Made by a program: the position numbers and the translations under genes
Shown: positions 11,279 through 24,990 of the stretch, piece after piece
Layout of the letters: the number at the start of each line of letters is the position of its first letter
Position numbering within the stretch: the first letter of the stretch is position 1
Notes under the pieces: generated by a model
What the model saw: the letters and a program-made list of their open reading frames with translations, nothing else
What the model was told of the DNA's origin: nothing
Databases searched by the model: none
Origin: Octopus bimaculoides
Taxonomy: Eukaryota
Assembly: GCF_001194135.2 (NCBI RefSeq)
Contig: NC_069005.1
Coordinates: forward strand, 31,594,571 to 31,658,570
DNA length: 64,000 nucleotides
Direction: 5' to 3'

Positions 11279-11345
11279 AATATATATGTATCTATATATC
11301 TATGTGTGTGTGTAGAGAGAGAGAGAGGAGGAAGGGAGAGAGATA

Positions 11346-11388
<43 letters not shown>

Positions 11389-11455
11389 GTGAAGCTACAT
11401 GCATGGACATGCACATGTATAATGCATTCACACGCAAAAATCATGAATACATGTC

Positions 11456-11486
<31 letters not shown>

Positions 11487-13273
11487 TACAAACACGTATA
11501 TACACATGCATAACGTATACAGCATATATACGCATTTTGTTTACACGCATAACCTATTTATTTTTTTATTGTTAAAATGCATAGCTATAACGATTGAACA
11601 TTATTAATAAGCGCCCTCCACCATACATACACACGTATTTACACACATACTCTCTCTCACTACCACACACTTCAGTATTGTGTGTGTGTGTGTGTGTGTG
11701 TGTGTATCAGTCATGTTCAAAGTAGTCCCAAAAATCAACAACCAGGGATTTTTTGTCAGGCGCTCTACCGATTTCGAACCCAACCAAAAAAAAAAAGGAC
11801 CAGTTACGTGGTCTACTTGACATACCAGATATAGCAGTCAAATCTCTCCTGTTCATCCCCTTCGTCCAGACCACACATTTAGGGGCGGAGGTCAAGAATA
11901 CGCACACCACCCGTTTTCGGCGTAACCCTAACCCTAAACCCCGGGTGTGCATATTCTTTACCTTCGCCCGTTTAGTAATGTTGTTAGTCTTAAATGTGCA
12001 CCGATTGACCAAAAGAGGGCTAGCTCCTATGTAAGCTCTCGACCGGCTAAAAAGAGCAGTCAAATCACACTCTAGAAGTCTTTATATATATAAAGTGATG
12101 TGGAGTTAGTGAAGTTTTAGATGGCTTTCCTTCGAAGTCCCACCATACCTTATAGAAAACAAGAAGAGGGTTCGGAGGCGGGTAAAAAATCTGACCCTTA
12201 CCTTTTTCCTTCCCTCATGTGGTATGACAGACATTCCGAAGCTCTGCTAAAAAGAGGGAAGGAACATGTTGGTGGTGGGGTCAAGTGAGAGGTTCATTAT
12301 GAAAAGAAATGACAGCTTATAAGATGGATTATTTATGGTAACAAGTCTGCAGTTCAGAAACTGATCTGAGGTTTATCATTTAACAACAAAAACAGTAAAA
12401 AAGAAGAGAAAGTCTAGATGATCACGGCGGGAGCGCCTTTGACCATAGAGCTCGCTCAGGGCTGCGTGACCCAGGTAGAGAAAGGGTGATTTTAAAAAAT
12501 CTAATACTTGACATCTGGCTATGCAAGATTGTATATATTACGTAGTCATATATATACAAATGCACGTACACATACTACCTCTACACGACCACTGGATGGC
12601 TAGAAATAGCAGCCAAACTTTCCTCGGTCTAGTTCGCAGTGGTTCCCTGGATTTTCACCCCCGAACACCCTTTTTATTTCAATTAATTTTCCCAACAAAT
12701 GCCCCCCAGACTCTTTTAAAAGCTTTGTTTACTTGAATTTTTTGAACCCAGCTCATGGCCGCCAAAATTTGCGAACTTCTTCTCCTACGTGGATACCCGA
12801 CAGGTTAGAAATAGCAGCCAAATAATCCTTCCGCCCACTCACATGTACTATCTCAGAGAACACCGTGCGTACGATTGTAATTCGTGATGTAACATTGATA
12901 AAAGATATGATGGTCTTAACTGGAACGCTTATCGTCATAGTTCTCTTTCTATTCGGTGTGGGCTAACCTGGGTTTAAAAAAAGAAACATTACCACCACCA
13001 TTATCACACATATACACTCATAACTTGGGGGGAGAATTTAACGAGGTTAGACCAAATGGATTGATTCGATAGACATTGATGATGATGGTGTGAAATGAAA
13101 GAGAAAACTGATGGAAGGACAAAAAAATCTGGATTTGACATTTGATGGCGAAAGAGGAATAAAGAAAAGAAGAAAGAAAACAACCGTCCCGTCAATTACA
13201 AAGAGCAAAGATTTTATTTTATTTTATGCAGTTTCTCTGCATCAAAATAAAATAGGAATTGATGTGTTTAGAT

Positions 13274-13509
13274 TAGTGGTTCTCAACCGGGGTCCATAGA
13301 AGATTTTGTAAAAAATCATGGGCAATAAATGGGTTATATTTCTATAATACATAAAATATTTTTGAAATTTTCTCATACAACTCCTAATAATAATTAATTG
13401 GGAAAATATGATAGAATTTTTTTAGACATCGAATGGCTAAGGGGATCCACCCGAGTAAAAAAAGGGAATCAACAAGGACCACGGGTAGAAAAATGGTTGA
13501 GAAACACTG
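13274..13509. mobile_element. hAT (Charlie-type) MITE
   Basis: TIRs TAGTGGTTCTCAACC and GGTTGAGAAACACTG, with a perfect 8-bp TSD GTTTAGAT (13266-13273 and 13510-13517) resembling the Charlie target nTCTAGAn. Confidence 0.85.
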
Positions 13510-14349
13510 GTTTAGATACATAGGAAAGTATTGTAATTTTTTGCTCTCTAATGGGACAACTGGTGGTGATAGAAGTGCCCCACGGTGCTAGTTTTATGTA
13601 AAAAAAAATAATAACGTCCAAACACAACAAGGTCCACGGATTTGGGGCGAAAGGCGTTCTGTTTGTTGATTGTATCGACACCCGTACTTGATCGGTTTTT
13701 TTTTTTTGTTGTTTTGTCTTTTTTTCCGGCCTGGTGGGAATGAAAAGCAAAATCAACCCCGTTGAGATCCGAACGCAGGATGCTCTGCCATTTCTCCCAG
13801 TCTTTCACACATACACACACACGTGTGTTTCTTTGTGGAATAAATAAGTATATATATATATATATATCACACACACACACACACACATTACTGCTCTGAC
13901 GTTTAGTCTGCTTTTTTTTTCGGATATCTGATCCACTGACGTTATATATATATATATACACACACAGACATACACACTTCTGTGTATACATATATATGTG
14001 TGCGCTTGTGTATACGTAATATAACTTATGTTTTGGTCACTATTAGTCTAAGCTGTGTCTAACTTAATAGCAGCAGCACCACGGGGGTGTATGTATGTAT
14101 ATACAACATTCGTTCGTTTTAGAGATTGTGCTTAGAACAATTCTGATGTTATCAGAATTGATTTCGTCATCATATATTTATATTTTTAACTGCGGAAATT
14201 GAAATGATGCCGACACGAAGATAGGAGATAATCCATACCCAGACAAAATAAATCTAAACAAAGTTACATTACAACGAATTAATCCACCTTTTTATACCCC
14301 CATCATCATCAACATCCACAACATTTATTTTCACAAGATAACATCGCTA

Positions 14350-14490
14350 CCTGGTCACGCGATATGCTAGAAATAGCAGCTGAATCTCAACCTATTCCCA
14401 AACGATGCCGTCTTAAACAGAGGGAAAAGTTAGATAAGGATGTCTACCCTTAAAACTTTGCAGAGATGGTCACGCCTGGAATACCTCTGA
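14350..14490 (+). repeat. Dispersed repeat family E (GCTAGAAATAGCAGCCAAATCT core)
   Basis: Core recurs at ~3880, 12600, 12805, 15720, 17940(-), 27620, 28775, 36385(-), 49560(-) and 54040. Class unknown. Confidence 0.6.
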
Positions 14491-14878
14491 TTAGTATATC
14501 AGTTGTGCGCATGTCTTTAGTTTTCATTGTGTATGTTGACAAAATTTCAGTCGAGCCTTCCTCGTCCTGTACGTATAAAATCACGACCTATATATATATA
14601 TATATATATATAATAGGTCTCGATAGATGGGCGTTTATAGATGTGTGTGTATAGTGTGTGCGCGCGCGCACGTATATTTATGTATATTTATGTGTTTGAT
14701 GTTTTCTCTGGTGTCTCCGTCCGTTTTCACTTTTAAACTGTTTAATATGAATATTAGATGTGTGTGTGCGCGCGGTCATTATAATTATTTTATCAGCTAT
14801 TGCACCATTAGCCATTATGTGGTGATATGATGTTTACGTATGTACATATGATTGTGGACATTAGCAATATGAGTGTCT

Positions 14879-14920
<42 letters not shown>

Positions 14921-15354
14921 CTTGAATAGAGAAATAGAGGAAAATTCTTGGAATAGGAACCTCGAATACTACAGTTTAGTGTTAGTTTCGCATTTATTTT
15001 GCGTAGAATTTGTGCTGTTTCACGCATACACACACAGTGTGAAGCTGGATAGGGTAGGTAGACATACATACATACATACACACATACATACATACTCACT
15101 CACTCAAATATACACGTTCGCGCTATCGAGTGTGCATATGTATATGCACGCACAACAAAAGCAGACATGTACTCACACACAAACTGAAGGCAATTATGGA
15201 CATACATACTGAAATCTGACATAGACTCGTACACACACACACACACACCAAATACATCCATAGTCCAAGCAATAGAAACACATCTAGGAGACATGTAAAC
15301 ACACTCACACTCCCTCCCATTATCCCTCTCTCACTGAAGTTACCCAAACACATG

Positions 15355-15385
<31 letters not shown>

Positions 15386-16326
15386 CCGCCCTTCTAGGAA
15401 TGTTTGCTAATGTTTTTGTTTCTTTTAAAATCAAATATAGGCAATGGAATCGTGTGTGTGTGTCGCTCGCCCGCGCATTATTATTATTATTGGCAGAAGT
15501 CACAGACTAACTCACGGGCCGGAAGTTTCGTACATTGGCATTTATCAAACTGACTTCAAATCACACTCCCACACTTATATATATAACTATGTCTTTCTAG
15601 CCCCTGTGTTTCTCTTGTCCTCAGTGCCAAATCTTGGTCTCCTAAATTGATAAAGACTTAAAGACCGGACCAGTCGCCTCGAGCTGACCGATAAACCCCC
15701 CACGCCTTTGCTCAACTTGCTAGAAATAACAGCCAAGTCTCCTCCTCGAACCACACCCTACCATCTTTCCAACAAGAAACGACACTTTAGATGACGTATT
15801 TTTAATTCGTGTCGGAAAAATAAGTTTGGACGGTCACCGTTGGAATATATTTGATTACAGATCTCGTTACTTGCCATCCTGAGGCTTACTAACGTGACAG
15901 CTGTTTGGTCCTCCCGCCACTTCGATGGACACTAATCAAAGGCGTTCCAGCCATGACTATTCCAATCACTCTCTTTACGATATAGTGTATCCAAGATTGC
16001 ACATTGTTGTATGTCTTTCCTTTAATTTAAACGAACCTTTAAAAAGAGTTGGTCCGAGTAGACGCGTGTGTGTACGTGTGTCACACCCACTGACCTTTAC
16101 TGAAGAATCTATAATTTTTCCGAAGAAATATTAGGAGACAGAATGAACGATTGGAGCAATTCTAATTCTTAAGCCTTCCTCTCGACTAAAAACACATTTC
16201 CAGTTTTGTACTTCACAAAACGTCATCTCTCTCTCTTTATGATTATATTATGTGTGTGATTCTACCTAGCCAATTAGTGGCGTCCTACATATTGGTGTGC
16301 CTCGATTTTTAACGAATCCTTTTAAC

Positions 16327-16365
<39 letters not shown>

Positions 16366-16860
16366 TATTGTCTGAGGAGAGTCATTCTGTTTTAATGCCT
16401 TATTAACACACTCACCGGTTCGATTTCCACTCATTTACTTATTTATTCCGAAATATACATACATACATACATACATACATACATACATACATACAATGCG
16501 TGGCGTCGTGAGCAGGGGTCACTGGGTTGACATTTATCTTGTGAGTGTACCTTTAATTCCAAAGGTTACAGTTTTGTGTCGGCTTGTTCTATCTGAGAAT
16601 TACGTCAAGGGTACACTTGTATGTGGAATACCCAGACACTTATAGGCTGATTCAATGAGCTGGTAATTCGATTGGTTGAACAACCGAATCCTTCTCGTTA
16701 AAGACAGAGATACATTTGTCTATTCATCCATCTATCAATCAGTCTTTATCTGTCCATCCATCTGGCTGTTTGTCCATCTGTTTGTCTAAACATGTCTGTC
16801 TCTGTCTCTCTCTCTATATATGTGTGTGTTTCTATCCCTCTGTCTGTCTCTGCATCTATC

Positions 16861-16923
<63 letters not shown>

Positions 16924-16977
16924 ATCACCATTTATTCATCTACCTGATAGATGGCTCTGTCTGTCTCTATCTATCCC

Positions 16978-17013
<36 letters not shown>

Positions 17014-17076
17014 ATTTTCCACAGGATGTTGAAGTTTCTATTTCTTTTAAATATACGAATTTAAAAGTTAAAAACC

Positions 17077-17117
<41 letters not shown>

Positions 17118-17654
17118 GGAAGAGGTTTGTGAGTGTGACTACGAAAGTCTAGGACAACTTGGATATAGATATAAATCAAAAATATATATATATATATATC
17201 TTTCCATTTATCAATCCATTTGTCTGCCTGCATCTCTGTCTATCTTTCCGATAGATGACTCTGTCTCTATCTATCTATCTATCTATAACTTTTTTTTTTG
17301 TATACACACACACAAATTCAATAGAGATTGTTTATGAGAACAATATACTTTGCAAAATAAACTAATAATCTTGATGTCTGACAAAATGCCACTTGTATAA
17401 GGACATTATTTTTCTATTGACAAACACCAGAAAACACATACACACAGAATCGGATGTTGTATGGCCTGAAAGAGAATATAGTAAAATTTCTTTTCTGAGT
17501 AAACGTCTGGTTGACAAGTTGTTTGATGCTTTGCTCTTGTGTAATTACAGCCATAGGGTGTGTGTCTGTTGTGTATGGATGGCTGTGTAAACTCTTGTCT
17601 CTATTTTCTGTTTTCGTCTATATAATATCTTTCTGAGTACATGTATATATTATC

Positions 17655-17705
<51 letters not shown>

Positions 17706-18566
17706 CATACATATATTTGTTAATAAATGTATATAGGTCTATATGTGTGTGTGATATATTTATGTATTAACGGCTGTGTTCGTTGCTGTTCCTGAGCAAA
17801 CAGTCTTATGATGAAAGACACCCAGTCCAGTCGTGACCACCCCACTTTTTTTATTCCATACATAGTGTGTATCTGGGATGCCATTATCTCATTTGCTTTT
17901 CCTTTCGCTTCTTTATAGCTGTAAGGGATGAGTTGACTGCTATTTCTAGCAAATCGAACATTTCATTAGGCTTCGATATGCCTGTACGTTGTTGTTGTTT
18001 ATTTCTGGAGCAAACCAATGGTCTAACCATGACCATCCCGTCTTTTTAGGAAAATTCGAGAACAACATTATCCAATGTATCCTTGCGTTTTTTTGAGACG
18101 GTAAGGTGAGCTTTGATGGATATTTGACTGTCCTTTTTAGCATGCCGAGCTACCTTGTCGGTTTCGATATATTTGTAGTCAGGTTAATCAATCGATTGGT
18201 CATTTGTCGAAACAATATTCTGTGGTCTTTCTCCAAATCCGAAACCCATTTTGACGAGCATATATATATATTTTCGATTTTTGATTTGTGTATAAAAACC
18301 TTGTGAATGGTCCATTATTGGCGTTTGTTCTTTTTGTCAACTCTGGAAATCATTTTAACGTCTATTTCGGACGACAGACTGTTTTAACGCCTGTCTTATA
18401 TATATATATATATATATNNNNNNNNNNNNNNNNNNNNNNNNNNNNNNNNNNNNNNNNNNNNNNNNNNNNNNNNNNNNNNNNNNNNNNNNNNNNNNNNNNN
18501 NNNNNNNNNNNNNNNNNNNNNNAAATCAGAAATCCGAAAAAGAAACACAGTTATAGAGCAGTAGAG

Positions 18567-18701
18567 TATATAAAGATAGATATGGCCGGTTTCTGGGGTT
18601 ACCTCTTAGGCCCAGGGTCTGAAGAAACGCTGTAAAACTAATCGCTTTATGGACGTGAAACCTAGGGTAGCCCCATAGACCGGCCATATCTATCTTATAT
18701 A
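18567..18701. repeat. Imperfect inverted repeat (~40-bp arms), MITE-like
   Basis: AAGATAGATATGGCCGGT...GGGG.TACC on the left is mirrored by GGTAGCCCC...ACCGGCCATATCTATCTT on the right, with TA-rich ends. Confidence 0.75.
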
Positions 18702-19839
18702 GGAAAAATAGAAGTTGGAAATGCATTGAGAATAGTTAAAATATTTTTTATTAATATAGTTGAAGTTCCATATTATTATTTGAAACAAGTTCCATGTACT
18801 GAATCAAACTGTTTTAAATTTAAGGGTTGGATGATTAGACAGGATCCGTTGGGTCCAAGGACTGCACTGTGCTCCAATGTCTTTTGGAATGGTTTCTGCA
18901 GCTGATGCCCTTGCTAATCCCAACCATTTTACAATGTGTCCTGGGTGCATTTTTATGCCACCAGTGCTGCTGAGGTCACCATGCAGCATGCACGACTACG
19001 AACTCTGAAAGTGGGGTTAGTTTTATGCTAAGGAATAAAGGGTGAGAGTATGAGAGAAGGGAGGGGCAAAGCAGGTTAAGACAAGCTTCTCGGTTCTTCA
19101 TAGATGCTCTACTTTCTTCACAATTTTGGTGAGACATTCATATCCACCAGGCAGTTGTTTCTTCTCCATATTTTCATCTCTTTTATCCTCAATTCTTCTC
19201 TTTCACTCTTCTGCTACTCGTTGCCTTCTAAATTCTACAGTTTTTATTTACTAAAACTCAAGTGTAAAAGGACACCAAATGAAAGTCTACGGTGTGTCAA
19301 GTGACCAGATTAGACATCCGGTTAATTGTGTGTGTGTGTAGTTCTATTTTGGGACGGTCATTTTTTTTTTATTCTTCACTTCAGATTTATTTTATTATCG
19401 TTCTTATTTTATGTCCTATGTCAGAACAGGAGGAGACACATGGAATGGAGAGTCGCTGAAGAGGTCACAGGATGCGTAACAAAAGATTTCCAGACAAAGG
19501 ACATGAAACAAGAACAATAGTAAATCTGAAGTGAAGAACGAATATACAGTGCACGTGTTTAGTTGGCAAAAAAAAAAAAAATGACCAACCCAAAATATAA
19601 CAAGTTTCAACACGATTTCACATCAAGAATTTTGCAAAACAAATACATAAGCACACACACATATATATATATATATATGTGTGTGTGTATTTCTTCTATC
19701 TTAATGAATAAAAATTCTTCTGATAGAATAAATGGGTTAATAGAAACCAATGTAGCAAAGAACACACAATAACTGTGGTTTAGTTCCTATTTTTAAGGCA
19801 GGAACTCCTTGAAATTTTGGGTATTTGAGTATATTTAAA

Positions 19840-20025
19840 AATTTAAGGAATGGAGAAAACGCATGTTATAATTGCATACTTTATTCCTACATATGTTTCA
19901 AAGGATTACAACCTGTGTGATCCATAGGGATAGATCCCTATGGATCACACAGGTTGTAATCCTTTGAAACATATGTAGGAATAAAGTATGCAATTATAAC
20001 ATGCGTTTTCTCCAATCCTTAAATT
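19840..20025. repeat. Near-perfect palindrome with 92-bp arms, 2-nt loop and 1 mismatch
   Basis: 19840-19931 is the reverse complement of 19934-20025 except for 19850/20015. Confidence 0.95.
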
Positions 20026-20438
20026 CTTATATATATATATATAAATAAATATACAGGCACAGGCATAGCTTTGTGGTATAAAGCTTGCTTCCAACCCACA
20101 TGGTTTCAGGTTCAGTCCCATTGCGTGGCACCTTGGGCAAGTGTCTCAACCCGGCCAAATCCTTGTGTGTGGATTTGGCAGATGGAAACTGAAAGAAACC
20201 CATTTTGTGTATGTGTGTGTCTGTACCCCACCTTCGGCAAGTGTCTTCTACTCAGCTGAGTGGACTGGAGCAACGTGAAATGAAGTGTTTTGCCCAAGAC
20301 CGCAATGTATCTCCCGGTCAAAAACCACAATTTTATGATCATGAGTCCAACACCCTAACCACTACGCCGTCTTCCTCCATATGCCATGTATCTAAACACA
20401 TTTAATGCCAACTCCTCATCTCATGGCAATACTCACAT

Positions 20439-20475
<37 letters not shown>

Positions 20476-21501
20476 TGGTATACAAAGCGTCCTGCATTAA
20501 CATAACTACAATCACACATTTCTGTAATGTGGTAGACATCAGTGCACCATCATGAATAATAAGCTATTGTGTTCGTTCATTGTGCGCTCTCAATGTTTTA
20601 CAAATGGCATGAAGATATTGTGTTTTAAATGCATTGAATTTTGATCATTCTGTTTGGGACATGGTGACATTCTTGGGTACAGTGTTTGAGAATGGGGCAG
20701 TGAACCAGTCTTGCTTTTTGTTTAAGTCTGTAGTCGACATGTTGGCATAGACAATGTGCTCAACAAAAGGCCTCATATTTTAACTGGCACTCCGTCGGTT
20801 ACGACAAGGGTTCCAGTTGGTCCAATCAACATAACAGCCTGCTCGTGAAATTAACGTGCAAGTGACTGAGCATTCCACAGACACACGTGCCCTTAGCGTA
20901 GTTCTCAGGGAGATATGGCATGACACAGAATATGACAAGGTTGGCTCTTTAAAATACTTTTCATTTTTGCCAGCTGAGTGGACTGGAGCAATGTGAAAAT
21001 AAAGTGCCTTGCTCAAGGACACATGCCTCTGGTTATTGAACTTATAACCTTACAATCGTGAGCCGATTACCCTAGCTAATAAGCCACACACCTTCACCCT
21101 CATTTAGATTTCTGTGTCAAATGTAATGCTTATTTATTCACATTGTTTTCAGTTAATCATACATTATCTCATAGCTTTGAGATTTCAATGATGTAATTGT
21201 TTAGAATGACATTGTTAGGTCAGTGTGAGAGACCAGCTCTGGTCAGTTTGAACATAAGAGGTAGATTATTTGGCTGGATATGGCAGGGTTAAGGCAGTGA
21301 GCTGGCAGAATGGTTAGCATATCGGACAAAAATACTTTGTGATATTTCTTGCAACTCTTTACATTCTGAGTTCAGATCTTGCCGAGGTCAGTTTTTTTCT
21401 TTTCATCCTTTTAGGGTTGATAAAACAGGTACCAGTTAAACACTGGGGTTGGTGTAATCAACTAGCTATCTCCAAAATTTCAGTCTTTGTGTCTGTACTT
21501 T

Positions 21502-21706
21502 TTACTCTTTTACTTGTTTCGGTCTTTTTGACTGTGGCCATGCTGGAGCACCGCCTTTAGTTGAGCAAATCGACCCCAGGACTTATTCTTTGGAAGCCTA
21601 GTACTTATTCGATCTGTCTCTTTTTTCGAACCGCTAAGTTACGGGGACGTAAACACACAAGCATCGGTTGTCAAGCGATGGTGGGGGGACAAACACAGAC
21701 ACACAA

Positions 21707-21755
<49 letters not shown>

Positions 21756-21862
21756 TACGACGGGCTTCTTTCAGTTTCTGTCTACCAAATCCACTCACAA
21801 GGCTTTGCTTGGCCCGAGGCTATAGTAGAAGACACTTGCCCAAGATGCCACGCAGTGGGACT
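21502..21862 (-). mobile_element. SINE family B, near-complete copy running into a gap
   Basis: Reverse complement of the family B body with an internal (CA)n/(TA)n tract. Confidence 0.8.
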
Positions 21863-23654
21863 NNNNNNNNNNNNNNNNNNNNNNNNNNNNNNNNNNNNNN
21901 NNNNNNNNNNNNNNNNNNNNNNNNNNNNNNNNNNNNNNNNNNNNNNNNNNNNNNNNNNNNNNNNNNNNNNNNNNNNNNNNNNNNNNNNNNNNNNNNNNNN
22001 NNNNNNNNNNNNNNNNNNNNNNNNNNNNNNNNNNNNNNNNNNNNNNNNNNNNNNNNNNNNNNNNNNNNNNNNNNNNNNNNNNNNNNNNNNNNNNNNNNNN
22101 NNNNNNNNNNNNNNNNNNNNNNNNNNNNNNNNNNNNNNNNNNNNNNNNNNNNNNNNNNNNNNNNNNNNNNNNNNNNNNNNNNNNNNNNNNNNNNNNNNNN
22201 NNNNNNNNNNNNNNNNNNNNNNNNNNNNNNNNNNNNNNNNNNNNNNNNNNNNNNNNNNNNNNNNNNNNNNNNNNNNNNNNNNNNNNNNNNNNNNNNNNNN
22301 NNNNNNNNNNNNNNNNNNNNNNNNNNNNNNNNNNNNNNNNNNNNNNNNNNNNNNNNNNNNNNNNNNNNNNNNNNNNNNNNNNATCTCCCAAGTCCTTCAG
22401 CCTCCTTAACTAATCTATTTTTGTTTGGTTTTCTTTCTAAATCTACTTTTTTTTTATTTCCAAAACAAAAGAGAAAGTTCTAGAAACACTACCAGTTGTC
22501 TTGTTTCTCACATCTTTGTTCTAACCACTTGTAGGCTTCTTCCTCCTCTTCCTCCCCTTCTTCCTCTTTCTCTGCCTCCTCGTCCTCCTCACTCTATCTC
22601 TTATATAATTTTTTTTTTTTTTTTTTTTTACCTGCCTTTTCCTTCAGGGTGAAATTATTAATCTCAAGCGTTTCTGATTCGTTTTTATAATGTGCAGTGT
22701 GTGTGTGAGAGAGAGGGGGAGAGAGAGAGAATGTGCACATGTGTGTGAGAATGTGCATGAGTGTATGGGGGGATGAGACAGTGTGCCTGTGTGTGTGAGT
22801 GAATGTATGTGTGTGTGTGTGTGAGAGAGAGAGTGAGTGAGTGTGTGAGACAGTGTATGTGTTGTGTGTGAGAGAGAGAGTGAGTGTGAGACTGTGTTTG
22901 TGAGAGAGGGAAAGCGAGGGCTGAAACTGTGTGTGTGTGCATGAGTATGTATGTATGTATGTGAATGAGTGCGAAGGAGTGAGTCGATGTGCATTTGTAT
23001 GTATGTGTGTGTGTGTGTTTATTCTTAGTAACAGCCATCTGTGTTGTTCATTGTGTAATCACATAGGTCTTTTCTTCAATTTCATTCAACATTTATAAAG
23101 TAATTTTTAGCATTGAAAACAAAAGACAAACAAAACACCGTACCATCAAAAGGATGCATTCATGAATTAATTAGGCCTGATGATATTAATTTGTAAAAAT
23201 AATAATTATTATTATTGCTGATTTAGGTACAAGGCCTGCAATTTTGAAGGGGGGTGGGTATTACTCAACACCATTGATCCCCAGTACTTGACTGGTACTG
23301 TTTTGTCAACTCTGGAGGGGGTGAAAACAAAGTTGGCCCCCCATCAGGAATTGAACTCAGAACCACAATCAATAACAGATAATGGTTTCAGATCTTTGGC
23401 ATGGGGCCAGCGATTGTAGTGGGTAGGGGTTCCTCGACTACATTGACCCCCATACACACCGTGCTTGATGAATGCTTTATTTTATTGACCCAGAAAGGTA
23501 AAGTTGACCTCGGCAGATTTTGGGCTTAGAACAAAAGTCAGAAGAAATGTTGCCGGCCATTTTATCCGACATGGTAAAAATCATACCAGCTTGTCTTATT
23601 CTTAAATGTAACTAAAGATTGCCATGCATTTAATGCAACCATATTATAGATTGA

Positions 23655-24039
23655 GTGGAGGCACAATGGCCCAGTGGTTAGGGCAACGGACTTGCGGTCA
23701 TAGGATCGCGGTTTCGATTCCCAGACCGGGCGTTGTGAGTGTTTATTGAGCGAAAACACTTAAAGCTCCACAAGGCTCTGGCAGGGGATGGTGGTGAACC
23801 CTGCTGTAATCTTCCGCCACAACTTTCTCTCACTCTTACTTCCTGTTTCTGTTGTACCTGTAATTCAAAGGGTCAGCCTTGTCACACTCTGTGTCATGCC
23901 ATACCTCCCCGAGAACTTTGTTAAGGGTACACATGTCTGTGGAGTGCTCAGCCACTTGCACGTTAATTTCACGAGCAGGCTGTTCCATTGATCGGATCAA
24001 CTGGAACCCTCGACGTCGTAAGCGACGGAGCGCCAACAA
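23655..24039 (+). mobile_element. tRNA-derived SINE family A, full length
   Basis: Colinear with the reverse complement of 7663-8047. Confidence 0.85.
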
Positions 24040-24775
24040 TACAAATGTTAAATAGAGCAGAGCCTATTGAGGAAAAGAAACTGGTGTTTGTGAGATTGAA
24101 TTGTGTAGAGGAGGTCCTATGGCATGTGGCCCCAGCCTTGGGTGAATTCTCAGTCAGATGTCAAAGTTCATTTGGGCAAGGCTGGTGGTATATTCTCCAC
24201 ATTGTGCAAATGATGCAGTGCTCAGCGAATGGATTGAATTGAATTGAACCAGATTCAACTCACGAGCTGTGGCCATGCTGGGGCATTGCCAGTTAAAGGA
24301 ATGTGCCAACCACCAGATGTCGAAACCCAGAATCGAACCAGGGAAAATATTCAGTCTAACTCTCTCACAACTGAGCAAAATTCAGCCGATGAACCATATT
24401 AAAATTGTTTTTGTTTCCAGAGGGTTTGTCTTGTGCGAGAGTACACCTTATGTACTCATAGATGCAATACGCTGGCATTAATTTAATAAAAATTTGTGGA
24501 TATTGATTTGGAATGTATTTATGCAAACCACATTTTGGCATTTGTAGGAAACTGTGGCAGCGAATCAAAAAAATACAAGAGCTGTACACGAAATCATTAA
24601 ACCAGTTTATAAATTTAGCTTTTTCGTGCAACATCTGGACTTGTTTGACTGCAAATCTTCTGATCATAATCTTCATTGTTTGACTGGGGTCTCTCTTTCA
24701 CTCTCCCCACCTCTCCCCCACCTCCATTCGTTTTGTTTGTTTATTCCCTACTTTGTCCAGGTGCTCCCCCTCCTT

Positions 24776-24990
24776 TCTCCTTCCTCTCTCTCTATCTCTC
24801 CCTGACTTTTCTCTCCTCATCTTCAATCTTTTTCTCCTTCCTCTCTCTCTATCTCTCCCTGACTTTTCTCTCCTCTTCTTCAATCTTTTTCTACTTCCTC
24901 TCTCTCTATCTCTCCCTGACTTTTCTCTCCTCTTCTTCAATCTTTTTCTCCTTCCTCTCTTTCTATCTCTCCCTGACTTTTCTCTCCCCC
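24776..24990. repeat. 57-bp pyrimidine-rich minisatellite, ~4 copies
   Basis: CCTGAC recurs at 24801, 24858, 24915 and 24972. Confidence 0.9.

Noticed and set aside
11924-11943. TAACCCTAACCCTAAACCC telomere-like repeat
   Set aside because: Only about three units, too short to call an interstitial telomere or an element end.
20520-20780. Possible CR1/L2 reverse-transcriptase remnant on the minus strand (CPILKHC...IESAQ)
   Set aside because: The similarity is faint, with several stops; not supportable without a search.
23655-23735. tRNA gene-like sequence (also at 7970-8047 and 30410-30485)
   Set aside because: These are SINE heads: the acceptor stem is incomplete and each continues into a shared 300-bp body.
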